A stretch of DNA of 64,000 bases. It comes from Dimorphilus gyrociliatus. Taxonomy: Eukaryota; Animalia; Annelida. Of the stretch, positions 52,301 through 64,000 are shown piece by piece. The translations under genes and the position numbers were made by a program. Numbering within the stretch: the first letter of the stretch is position 1; every line of letters begins with the position of its first letter. The DNA lies in the NCBI GenBank assembly GCA_904063045.1, contig CAJFCJ010000002.1, forward strand, positions 1,116,001-1,180,000, given 5' to 3'. The notes beneath the pieces were generated by a model, which searched no databases, was not told where the DNA came from, and saw only the letters and a program-made list of their open reading frames with translations.

Positions 52301-53714
52301 TTGTATTGAGTTTAGATGTTTTTTCACTTCTATCCAAATCAGATATATCATATTTTTTTATTAAACATTCAATTAATAGAACAGAGACTTCATAAATCAT
52401 TTTTTCTGAAGTAGGTAAATAAGGTAATTTCCAAGAAATTGAAGCAGAATTATAAGATACGTTAATAATATTTATTTGATGTATTTTAGGAGATTTAATA
52501 AATATATCTAAAAGTTTTGTCCATGAAGAATCAAATTGACTCATTTCCAATATAATCTAATATATTTTCAAAAGGAAAAGAGAAATAATTGTAAATTATG
52601 TAATCTAATTGAACTATGCTTTATTTCATTTTTATTCCATACTCTTTGATCAAATAACATCTTATGAACAATAAAGCTCTTGGATTTTATTGCAACGTCC
52701 GAAAATGTCTGCGATACGCATGGTCTGTTGCAGTTTATCCTTAAGTTAATTAATGGACTTGTACAATTCTTTATCTAATTAATAAATATATGAAAATTAC
52801 GAAAATACACAATTACTTTTAGCTTCATTAATTATATACATACTATCCATCTAAACTGCAATGAAAAGAATCCAGATTTTTGTACTTGCTTCACATGATA
52901 TGAAACATTTTTTGGAAGGTCATAATCTAATTAAAAGAAATATTACTTAGAAGAAATTCACTAATGGAATTGATTAACTTGCTACTGCAATCTTGTTTGT
53001 TTTCATTAAAGAAGTTTTTCCTTCTTTCTTGCAGTTGAGGTGTTATAGATCTTGATGGTTTACTTGCCATTGATACATACAATTTGTTGGTTGTTTTGTC
53101 TAAATAGACAATTTTAACTCGAAATCTTTAAAGGGATATATTACTACCTTTGTTTTTAGGATATCGTTTCTACTACCTATATTGAACATCTGGCCTTGAA
53201 ATATAAGATATTCTATAAGGAGCATTTGGATAATGTCTCATTCGGGAATATTCTTGCCAGGATTTCCCATTAATTTCCTATTGTTATATTATGTAGTACA
53301 TACAAATTTGTTTTTGTCTATAGTATATATGATTCATAAAGTTTTACCACTTCTAAGATATATTCTTCTATAGTAAAACCGTTCGCTACTTTTGATAATC
53401 CATCAAATGAGACATCTAACAGAGTTGACCTAATAGTTACCACTTTAGGGAAAATGTCTGATACCGGTTTATCTATACAAAATTAGTTTATTAATCGAAG
53501 GTTGTGACTACTGTATATGTCTTTCTTTACTTAAATAAGTCATTATCTTTGTGAAGTTATTTGGAGAACCATTAGCCAAGCCTATAAATATAACAAGAAT
53601 ATTCTTTTATCTTTTCTACCTTAAGCTATACATTGTTTTTTCATAAAATATAAATGTATAGAACTTACTTAAAAATTCATTAATCAATATGAATTTTAAT
53701 ATTAAATACATCAT
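49305..53714 (-). CDS. Receptor-type protein tyrosine phosphatase-like protein (FN3 ectodomain, TM, tandem PTP folds), predicted catalytically dead
   Basis: The spliced model gives a signal peptide (MMYLILKFILINEFL|S), FN3 repeats, an R2-type membrane-proximal segment (FHIGRN..YYDPPLSKDYPYTIW) and a TM. D1 has PFDDNR, YYINAS, IATQYP, DFWLLVW and RYWP. The signature motif is replaced by QDKEGGSR (D1) and HTNDRKS (D2). Exon boundaries at both ends are less certain. Confidence 0.8.
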
Positions 53715-54163
53715 GCTATAAGCTTTTAAGAATTTAAATTGAATATCACGTCATCTAGTGTTCAACATAAATAAAAGAATATAAAATTAAGAAGAAATCT
53801 AGCTATCTAAATTATTCAAGTAGCAGATTATTTGTACGATTTTAAGAGTTCTCAAGAATAAAAAATCGATTACTTTAATTAAGTATCAGAAAGTATTGGT
53901 ATCATGATTTAAATATACAAAGAAAATTACCATTATGTATATTGATTAGATAAAAACATGAAGATATATTTAATATGGTGTATTAAATAACATTAGAATT
54001 TATTAATAAGGGAAATAAGTTATAGTGAATTTTGCTTTAGTTATGTGTTAAATATATATATAATTTATATTAATAGTTTAATCAAGATATACCCAGTTTC
54101 CAGTCATATTGGTACACATGTGATAAAATACAAACAGGACTTAGGAGGCGGAATTATAATTTA

Positions 54164-55085
54164 TTATGAGCGTACTATAGGTGCTATCAATGCCAATAAC
54201 AAAGCCATTACAAATAAACCATAAAAGAATAAAATATAAGTGGCAGAACTTCCAATCTGATAAACAGTGGCAAAAAGAAACATTTTATATTCTTTTAGTT
54301 ACTATAATAATCTTATAATATTCTATTTTAACTTTCCTATTTAAATAGTTTAATGTTCGTACCTTATAATTTCTTGATTTATTTACTGTTTCTTCGTTTT
54401 CATTGTCAAATTGAACGTGAGGAATTGAAGCTAGTTTTTATTTTTTTTCAAGTGTTAATTCTTCTATTTAAAGTAATTTTATTTTAATTATAAAACTTAC
54501 TCCTTTCGGCTCTTATTTTTATAAATAATAAGGTTATTTCTGTAAGAATGTGAAATATTGCATAAGTTACTATAATCCATCTATTCCATTCCGGCATATA
54601 TGATTTTGGTGAATAAGTCATGATAAATGCATTAGAGACTGTTTGAGAAAATAAACATTTATATTTACAACTGTTACTCTGCATTATTTTTTATTCATGT
54701 AAGATAAAAGTTTACCTGCTCCTAAATGACATATAATACCAATCGGCCTATGTATATTGTTAAAAATTATCCTTCTCTTGTGCATAGGAGGCGGTCGAAA
54801 CACAGCTATTATAGGCTGAAAAATCTTAATAATAAGTAATCAGGTGATTTTCTGATATGTAACGATTACGTTTAAAATACTTAGGCATGTTACAATTATT
54901 CCAATTATAGGGTGAGCAACTGCAACCCCTGATAAATCTTTTGAATACCCCTTAACTTTAATGAATATTAGTATAAAAGCAATACAGCCCAGTATCGTTG
55001 CTGTTATCATTAAAGCTCGATGGACCTAAAAGGTTAAAGTACTCAAAGTTAGTACATCGACAACCACTGACTAATATATATATAG

Positions 55086-55118
<33 letters not shown>

Positions 55119-55959
55119 CCAGAAACCAGGTATGCGTTGATCGGAATTGTCCAAAGAAAGATTTGCAATATCTTGCAACAAGCATTCCCGAACTTCCGAG
55201 CAAGAGCCACGCAATTAGCATAAATGATCCATGTAAAAGTACAAGAGTATCTTTTTTTAGTCCAGTTATATCAACAAAAGTCAATAGATTCATTTTTTCT
55301 GGTGACATAAAAGGAGATACTGTGTGCTTATGCTTTACTCCTTTTTTCGTTGTAGGACCTCTAGCCAGAAGCAAGTAATATTTACTCTTAAAATTTGGAG
55401 TATATTTAGCTCCTGTCGTTGTTACGTGCATACTAAAAGTACATTGAATAAAACCATCACTATAATTTGCTTGAAACGGTTGCGATAGATCCATTCCTGC
55501 ATATTTATCTTTCAAAACTCTATTACCAGTTCTCCGTCCACCTGAATTTAAATAATTCCAGGATCTTTGAATTAAGGCGTTGCTTGATGATTGATTATAA
55601 AGACAATCTACTACGTAATTATCTCCCTGAAAATATTATTAAACACTCTTAAACATACTACTAAAGCTATTGGCTAAGGTGCAAACCATTTGAGCTTCGT
55701 CAGAGAATCCAACAGATGTCCAATGAATACCTGACAAGGCTTGTGATTGCATTTCAAATAAAATAGTATCTGTAGCTTTATGCCATCTAAAAGTAATTAG
55801 AGATAGGCAGTTCCTTCCATTGCAATTAGGTGGCATTCTGTAGCAACCTTTAATTGAGCCACATCCTTTTGTACTAATAGAAACAAAACTACCACCTATA
55901 AATTCCAAATAAGGAAGAATTAGAACCAAAACAAAAAGAATTCTTCCCCTTTCTTTCAT
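54164..55959 (-). CDS. FRRS1: Ferric-chelate reductase-like (DOMON + cytochrome b561), no Reeler domain
   Basis: Signal peptide; DOMON (GCGSIKGCYRMP..WTSVGFSDEAQM|GDNYVVDC); b561 with four His (LLHGSFM, VHRALM, AHPIIG, NNIHRPIG); C-terminal TM exon ending IAPIVRS-stop. Confidence 0.85.
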
Positions 55960-56624
55960 AATCCTTTATTAACTGTATAATTTCTGATTGCACTAATACT
56001 ACTGTAATACGAACCGCCCATTAATTTCAGATAACTCAACTGCAGGCTGATTTTTTTGTCCTAATTGAGGAAAATTTCTCCGTTTACGTAATAAAGATAA
56101 TACTAATAAAATGAATAAAAATCTATTGCATCAATTTAGCTAGAGACGTTCTCTTATCACTAGATGAGTAACATTCAACTGAGAATTAGACCATCCCTCA
56201 CGCCTAATAAATCATGAAGCCTCTTGTAGGCTGAAATAGTTTACTTAATAGCAAGATGCTTTGATAAGATTTTTTTATCTCTCGAGTTTAAAAATATAGT
56301 CGTTTAATAGTGACAATGGCGTTTGATATTTAATCTTTTGCCTAATTTGCATATAGCTACTCAGAAATACGCACTATTCGTTGATAATTTAATTTCTACT
56401 TCTAAATTATGTCAAGTGATATCAATTCATCCGTAATCTTAATATGTACATTACAGGTTAAGTTGAACAAGTAGATCGTTAAGATAGCGACCATTTATTT
56501 AGGACTAAGTGAAACTCTTATCGTCCACGAACCTCAGTCAGCATAGAGCAATCTTGCCGGGACTTCTACAAAAAAAAAAGAAAAAAAAGTCAAAGAAACC
56601 ACTGTAGAAGGAAAAACAACTCTC

Positions 56625-59600
56625 ATGGATAAATTTCTCAAGCTGATCGCTCTCATCAGTTGCTTTTTGCATACAGATAGCACAAGCAGGGGAGGTATTT
56701 CTTTTAATTCCTTAAATAATTTACTTTTCAACTTTTTTGTCTACTTTGCATTTAGCTCCGGAAACAGCTTGTGACGATATGATTCCACAGCATGTCGTAC
56801 CACCTCAGACAAGCCCGTTTCCAATGGAATTAACACTCTCTTCGTATATATACAATGAAGGAACAACTATAGACAGTGAGCTATCTCCCCGCCAACTTCT
56901 GACAAAGAGTTATTAACAAAGAATTCTGTTTATTTCTATTACAGTTACCTTAAAACACAAGAATAATACACCAATTGCTGGAGTTTTTGCACAAATGAGA
57001 AGAGCCAATAGCCCAAATACAACACTTTATGGATCATTTGAAGGAGACAATGACAATTTCAGGACAGCTTGCAATGAAAGTCGGGCGATTACTCATAGCA
57101 AGAGGCTAATCAGTTTAAACGAAATTAAATTTACATGGAAACCCCCTCAAGATAATGCTGATTCTGGTCCTTTGCAACTTTGGATTTCAATTGTTCAAGA
57201 CTTTACAACATTCTGGGTTCAACAGAAATCAAACGTGATAAACTATGTAAGCTTGTCTTTTCGAAACAAAACTATCTTTTATTATAATCAATGAAAATTT
57301 TATTAGAGTAATGCTTTACCACCAACGCAAGAGATAAGTCTAGCTGACTGTAGCACGACAAAAGACTGTTTTAAAGTACCCGAAAATTGTGGTAAAGAAG
57401 CAGATTGTGATTACTTGTTAACTTGGAGACCTGACAATCAGAGAGGACTTATTAATTTTGAGATAAGTGCAAAAATACCTACAGATCAGTTTTGGACAGC
57501 AGTAGGATTTTCCAAAGATCTCGATATGGTAATTTTAATTTAAAGATAATAAAAAAAGTATTCAAACTCTTTAATTATTATTAAATCACTTAAAAAGGGA
57601 GAAGATTCCGTTATTGATTGTTTGGTTAATGCCTCTACAAGTCTAGTTGAAGTTCAGGCGTCCTGGAACGAAGGGAGAACTAATGAAGTCCTTAATAATA
57701 AGGTGCTTTCGTACATTCAAACTCTAGAAAGATAATATTTTTTGACTGATAATAAACAACAGCTTTTAGGATTAATCCCAGATTCGATATCAGGGGCTAG
57801 GGTCAACGATCGACTTCGATGCCGTTTTCAGAGACAAATCACGATTGCCAGATCAGACACCAATAAGATATACGATTTGAATACTGAATATTACGTCTTC
57901 CTTGGAAAAGGCATAGTTTTGCAAGATAGTACTAAAATGCAACATTCACAAATTCCTGAAAAGTCAGCTTCAAAGCTATTAATGACAACTATAAGAAATG
58001 GAACAACAAGACCAGTAATTATTACTTTTTAACTAATGAAGTATATCGGGCTACAAGACTTTAAATTAACTAAAAAACATAATTTGTAAAAAAGACTTGG
58101 CATATCTTCATAAAGAGTGCAACCAAATTTTATAATAGTGTTGATATTGTATTGTTTTATTTACAAATGTATAACAAGTTACTATAGATATTATCTTATT
58201 TTTTACTCACTAGACCTCTGACCCAAGCCAAGGAATCGATACTCGTCGCTGTGGGTCAGAAAAAGGTTGCTACCGTTATCCCGAAGGGTGTGAGGAGAGT
58301 GTTTGTCACTATTTGCTAACATGGAAACCTAGTGATAACAAGGAAAAGATCGAATTTGAGATAAGCGCTGACGATAGCGATTCTAAAACAGATTGGACAA
58401 GTGTTGCCTTTTCAGAAGATACTATTATGGTTTATACGCAAATAATTATATACTTAACGAATTTATAGAATTCGTTTTCTTCATAGGGAGATGACAGTGT
58501 CATTGATTGCCTCTATAATTCGGATGATGTTTCTATAAACATTCAAGCATCGTGGAATCGTAGAGTTAAAGATAATGAAGTTTTAAATAACAAGGTCTTT
58601 TTAAAATATATTACAAAGTTTTTATTAATACATTATAACAAATATCTCTATTCGTTAATAGCTTCTAGGATTGGACCAAGATACTTTTTTTGGATCAAGA
58701 GTTAATGGTCGCTTAAGGTGTAGATTCACAAGATCTGTTAAAGTAGCTAATGATGATCCTGAAGCAAGCAGGGTTTTCGACCTTTCAGAGCAGTATTACG
58801 TATTTATAGGAAAGGGTTCCGCCGTTCGAGGCATAAAGATGAAACACACTTCAATTCCAGTAATATCTCCAAGGAAAGTTCCTCTAACTGAAATTGGCGA
58901 TGTCTCTGGATTAGCTAAATTTCCTTTGGTCAAAGCCCATGGCATTTTGATGATTGTTGCTTGGTCATTTTTCGCTAATATAGGATTGCTCTTGCCAAGA
59001 TATTTTAAATTATGCTGGAATAAATATCAATTGTTCAACGAAAAGATCTGGTTTCAAATTCATAGAATGTGTATGATAACTGTAGTTTTGTGCACTATAA
59101 CTGCATTTATTGTTATTTTCGTAGAAGTTAAAGGTTTTAGTCAAGGTTCTAAACCTATTATTCATGCCATAATAGGAATCATTGTAACAGTTCTATGTGT
59201 TTTAAATCCTATAATGGCCGTATTTCGTCCACCTCCTAAACATCCAAAACGGCCAATATTTAATTGGCTACACTTTTTAGCCGGACAAATTGCTCATATT
59301 CTTACAGTACCAATGATATACTTAGCATTCCCATTCGGAAAAGTCTATGCTCCTTCATGGCTAAAATGGGTCTATACAGCAATAATAATTCAACACATTT
59401 TCGTTGAAGTTCTTTTATTTCTATACAAATACGTGAAAATTTCCCCAAATTCAGGTAAGATAATCATACATATTACATATAAATGTACTTATTAAGCTGT
59501 AATTTTCTTCCTGAATAGTAAATCCATTGAATGGTAAAGATTCTGACAATCAAGTAGTTGCCGAAGAGGAAACTAAAGTATTTACTCTTTTTCTATTCAA

Positions 59601-59736
59601 TTTATAACCTACTTAATAATCATTTTTTTCTCAACAATTACAGCCTGACAACGTTCCCACTGCAATCATCATGACCTATTTTTTTATTTTACTTGCCCTA
59701 GTAACAACGATTGTTATCACCTTAGGAAGAGCATAG
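56625..59736 (+). CDS. FRRS1: Ferric-chelate reductase-like (Reeler + 2x DOMON + cytochrome b561)
   Basis: Signal peptide MDKFLKLIALISCF; Reeler (ACDDMIPQH..AITHS..FTWKPP..IVQDFTTFW); two three-exon DOMON modules; b561 His residues KAHG, QIHR, IIHA, WLHF; final TM exon. Confidence 0.88.
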
Positions 59737-59782
59737 AAAATCTTTAATTATATGCATATGGACGTATATATTAGTATATACA

Positions 59783-59788
59783 GTATAA

Positions 59789-59836
<48 letters not shown>

Positions 59837-59850
59837 TTATATAAATATAC
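59783..59850. repeat. (TA)n microsatellite
   Basis: About 20 consecutive TA units downstream of the FRRS1-like 3' end. Confidence 0.9.
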
Positions 59851-60168
59851 GTTCGTTGCTAGATGATTATACAGTTTATTGATTAGGTTACTTGTGTATT
59901 TTATACAAATTTATGTACTTTATTGTATTTTTTACAGAACAATATAAAAAATTTATTCTACGTTGAAGATAACCACTTGAACAATTATTAAATCCATTTC
60001 TTTGCTTTCCTCCTTGTTTATTAAGATAATAAGAGGTAATGCAAGACAGTATATATATATATATATATAGATATATACAGTATATACTGTTATACGTATA
60101 TATAATACATATATAATTATTAAGGTAACGATATTTATAAAGTAAAAAGATAATGCTAAATTGGCACA

Positions 60169-60181
60169 TCGCCATCTGGTG
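60169..60181 (-). promoter_or_regulatory. CTCF-like motif
   Basis: CACCAGATGGCGA on the minus strand, about 50 bp upstream of a candidate + strand mini-exon (60230-60250). Confidence 0.5.
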
Positions 60182-61082
60182 TTCTCGACTTGTAAAATAA
60201 TACAAATACATCCATCAATTCCATTGTAGAATGTCTATTGAAGAACACCTGTAAGTACATCAACTTTTTTACTCAATCTACTAAAATAAATATATAAATT
60301 TAAGGTAATGAGGTCTTTTATGTATAATACATCACGAAGAATTTATAGAAATTGAGATGTTCAATCGAGACTCTCACCTTGAAATAACATATTCGATTAT
60401 TATTTATATAAGTATATTATAATGTTTAATTGATAAAACTAACTAAAGAAAATGAAATTTGAATAATAACAACCATTACGCTTTTATTAGATTATATAAC
60501 TACACAGTTCCGTAAGTCGGAGAGCTTATTCAATGAAATATTTAAGCGTAATTCCGTTTGTTATAAATGCTGCATGAATTATTAATTATCGAGTTAAAAA
60601 TTGATTTGCAAAAGTACCCTCCCACCTTTAAAATAATATAGTGAAATTATGCAAGTTGTGGTTATTTATAATACATAAAAATTCGTAAGAAAATAAAAGG
60701 TTATTTTATACTAGCCAAGATTACTAATAATTTTTCATTAATATTTAAAAGAAAGCATAATTAGTCGTTAGAAAAATTTAATTATGTTTTTGCCGTGAAC
60801 TCTACCTTTGTGTTATTAGTTTTACAATGTTTAATACATTTGAAAGGTAAGTCTAGGATAACATTGATGCGTTGTTGCTATGGATGCAGAGCAAACGAGA
60901 CAAAGTAGAAAACCAGAGTTTGCCTAAGATATTGAACGTTTTATATGCAGCGCCACGTTCACTTTTCTATTCATACATCATTATTACAAATATTGTACAT
61001 TTAAATGTGTTAAAAGTCTCATATGGCAATTAAAGGGGTCAAATGACGTTTTGAAAGAATATGAAAAGCGACTGCGTTTCAT

Positions 61083-61574
61083 ATGGAAGACGAAATCGAT
61101 CGTGAGCCAGTGAAACTAACCGATAAGGCGTCGTTTCGCGACGAATCGGAATCAATCAGAAGGGCTTTGGAAGAGACTAGGAGACGACACACAAAATCTT
61201 TACCGTCCGCTAGCGGAAAATCAAAACCAGGACAACTGCAGCAACTACCTGTAACTCCCCATTTACAACCAGAAATGCACAGCAGACAGCTAAACAGGGC
61301 TCAAGTAGGCGATGTGGAGAAGAAGAAATTAGAACCACTTAACAAAGAAATGAAAGTTATGCTCCCTACTATCAATACGTTCGATGGACCTCAGTCTGCA
61401 AGAACTACTCTACCACCGGTAAGTCCTTCTGATAAAAGAAAATTGGAAGAATTGTCTTACAAAGACAAAGTCAAGTTGCATAATAGTGCTCCCAACAGTC
61501 CACTTGTAGGAAGATCTCCTTTGAAAACGAAAATTACTTTGGACAGTTCTTCTTTACTGTCACCGAGAAAATAA
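61083..61574 (+). CDS. Uncharacterised 163-aa basic, Ser/Pro-rich, probably disordered protein
   Basis: 492-bp ORF with clearly higher GC than its flanks and a protein-like composition. No domain recognised. The N-terminus may be extended by upstream exons. Confidence 0.65.
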   Translation: MEDEIDREPVKLTDKASFRDESESIRRALEETRRRHTKSLPSASGKSKPGQLQQLPVTPHLQPEMHSRQLNRAQVGDVEKKKLEPLNKEMKVMLPTINTFDGPQSARTTLPPVSPSDKRKLEELSYKDKVKLHNSAPNSPLVGRSPLKTKITLDSSSLLSPRK

Positions 61575-61679
61575 TGCGTTTCACTTTGCATTTATTTAAC
61601 AAAACACGCTTTTTGAGTATAAAAACTATAGCTAAAAACATCAAGTTTACAAGTGGGTAAGAGAAATGAACGGCAAATG

Positions 61680-63916
61680 CTAAGATTGATTCTGTATAGC
61701 TTCCTCTGTCTTTTCTTCCATGTTGACGTCGCCGTTTCCATTCACAGCTTCTCCATTTTCCTTTCCAGTATCCGTTCGAATCTTTTTCACAGGAGATTTA
61801 TCGGTTACGGAATTATCCTCCTCGTCCGGTTTGCGCTAAAAATCGATTTTTATTATTATTATTATTGTTTTTAAATGAAGTCTTAAATTACCTTTTTAAC
61901 GAGGTGAGAAACGTCATTAGCTCTCTTTGGTTGAAGAGTTTTCACGGGTGGGTCAGAAGTAGTCATAGGAGTACCAAAACCAGTACTTGTTGCTCCGAGC
62001 TGTACAAATGAAATTATTTACTAAATATATAAATATATATATAAGTGACTAATGTGTTGCTTACATCAGGGGTAACAGCATCTTTTACAATTTCCTTAAC
62101 TCTATCTTTTTCTTTTTGCTCAATGAGAGTTTCATCGATCTAATGAGTTAGTCAATCAATTAGTATTAAATATTCGATAAATTTAGAGAGGAATACCTTT
62201 CGTTGCAGATCTGGAATTAGATCTTCCAATTCCTTAATTTCATCTGAGACACTTTTCCCATCCTTCTCTTCTTCCTTTTCAGCTACTTCTTTTTTCAAAA
62301 TATCTAATGGACATAACAAGTCAGAGGAGTATAATAAAATGCAAGTCTACACACCAATTTTGTTTTGCAGAACTTCAACAGATAGTTTCAAATACTTTAT
62401 AGCAGAGTCGTAATCGTACGAGTTAATGTGGCAATTTCCCAACCACAAATATCTATTATAAACAAGATTATAATTTTATTAAAAATTAATGCTAGGTATT
62501 AAAATCAAATGAACATACGTCTCGGAAATTAATCTGGCATCAGCCTTTTCACTTTCAAGTATTTCTAGACTTTTCTTAAAATCATTACTGGCATTTTCAT
62601 ATGAATCTGGATAAGTTAGTAAAGAAAATAAATATCCTGGACGAAAGTTTTATTCAAGATGACATGCCTGACTCCATGCTGATTTCTCCAAGTTTCAAGT
62701 GACATTCGGCAATGTTTAGTTTAGCTTCTCGGTTATCTTTTCTGAAAAAAATTCGTATTAAGACTGAATAATTTATCATTGACTGTTCTTACTTCGCAAA
62801 AATTAGCTTGGCTAATTCTATCATTTCCCAGGCAAGCTGAATATTGCTGACTTCATTTTCATCTGGCTGTCAAATATTGAAAAATCTAACCAAATTTTTA
62901 CTTAAACATATTATCACTTACACAATCATCCTGCTCATCAGACTCTTTTCCATTTTCTTCTTGTTCTTCGTCCGCAATATCCTCGTCATCATTTTCCTCA
63001 ACTTCGTTTGATTCTTCCATCGCTTCTTCATTGTTTTCAGTTGTCTCAGTCTCTCCCTCAGTTGTTGATGCTGATATCAAGATTTAAAGTATTGAGAAGT
63101 ATAAAATATAAACATATACATACTGGGCTCTTTCTCAGACACGTCTTGTTTTTCTGATGTTTCAGGTTCCTTAGTTTTTTCCACCTCTTTAGCCGCTTCA
63201 GCTTCTGCGTCTTTGTCAGTGTTATCTGTAGGCTTTTCTTCACATTTTTTCTCCTCTGTAGATTCTTTATCTTCAACCTTTTTCTCTTCTGTAGGTTTCT
63301 CGTCATCCTTTTTCTCCTCTGTAGGTTTCTCGTCGTCTTTTTTCTCATCAGTGGATTTCTCTTCATCCTTTTTCTCCGTTTCTGCATCCATACTTTCACT
63401 CTCCTTTCCATTTTCCTCTTTCTTTGTGACTGGTTCTTTCTCAATCATGGCATCTATGACGTCATCAGCAATCTTTTCTTTTTCTTCTTCCGTCACTGTA
63501 TCAGGAGTTTCAACTTTGGAATCCGTATTTTCTTCCTCTTTAGCTTCCTTCAGTTCTTCTAACTTTTCCTCAACTAGCAAAAAGTGTTAAAATTACATAA
63601 CATGAATAACAGAATTTATTCGATATTATTACCTCCTTCCAATGCCTTTCCTAATACAGAGCTCTCCATTCTCGATAGGTCCAAGAGGGCCTTGCCATAG
63701 CATAAGTAAGCATCAGCACACTCGTCCGCTAGGTCCCCACAATGTTTCGCTCTAAGAAAATAGCCGGCTTACAAAAAACATTCAATTTTCATGAAAATAA
63801 CTTACATAAGTCGGCAAGCTTCTTGCAGTTGTCCACAAGCTTCTTTAACTTCACCGCAAATAAGGTTTCTCTTACCCGTGTTCAGTAATTTAAATGCCTC
63901 GACCGTATTTTTCTTG
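61680..63916 (-). CDS. NASP: Nuclear autoantigenic sperm protein (histone chaperone, SHNi-TPR), 5' end outside window
   Basis: FKLLNTGKRNLICGEVKEACGQLQEACRL|..ECADAYLCYGKALLDLSRMESSVLGKALEG; long acidic insert; SNIQLAWEMIELAKLIF; AECHLKLGEISMES; basic tail RKPDEED..PVKKIRT. Confidence 0.93.
63246..63375 (-). repeat. 30-bp coding tandem repeat (EKKDDEKPTE) in the NASP acidic insert
   Basis: Three well-conserved 30-bp units (63279-63368) plus a degenerate 33-bp unit. Confidence 0.9.
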
Positions 63917-64000
63917 CTGTAAAAACGTTACTTTTTGAAGCGCGCGAAAGCAAGCAGTTAAAAAATGAAAGTGTTCCTGTCTTTTAACTGTAGTTTTTAA

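Noticed and set aside
40660-63590. Antisense ORFs over real genes (40660-40995, 41822-42082, 43520-43780, 48664-48879, 51970-52395, 63213-63590 and others)
   Set aside because: Shadow frames of long coding exons with no independent domain or splice evidence.

Overview
AT-rich animal DNA that is extremely gene-dense, with most introns only about 50-70 nt. The gene set and Ssdp sequence look protostome, probably lophotrochozoan. The compactness resembles a miniaturised genome such as the annelid Dimorphilus gyrociliatus, but this is inference and was not verified. I reconstructed 17 protein-coding loci by hand from the ORF track plus splice sites: ROCK (5'-partial), L3MBTL, PCMTD, MYT1, an SLC28 nucleoside transporter, SSBP/Ssdp, ATG10, an Ig/FN3 receptor tyrosine kinase, TAL/SCL bHLH, AGPAT5 (nearly missed by the ORF track), MAK/ICK kinase, UTP20, COP1, a receptor pseudophosphatase, two head-to-head FRRS1-like ferric-chelate reductases, an orphan ORF and NASP (5'-partial). 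No rRNA, tRNA, CRISPR array or recognisable transposon was found. The main oddities are: (1) a decayed tandem copy of the MAK activation-loop exon whose phases would make it mutually exclusive with the real exon; (2) an RTK joining a Sidestep/nephrin-like ectodomain to a Cad96Ca/Stitcher-like kinase; (3) a receptor PTP with both catalytic motifs destroyed; (4) recurring CTCF-like motifs, including an inverted pair; (5) putative internal promoters and microexons in Ssdp; (6) gene pairs (SSBP-ATG10, PCMTD-MYT1) that I recall as neighbours in human. All exon models and family calls come from manual reading and recalled sequences, not database searches.
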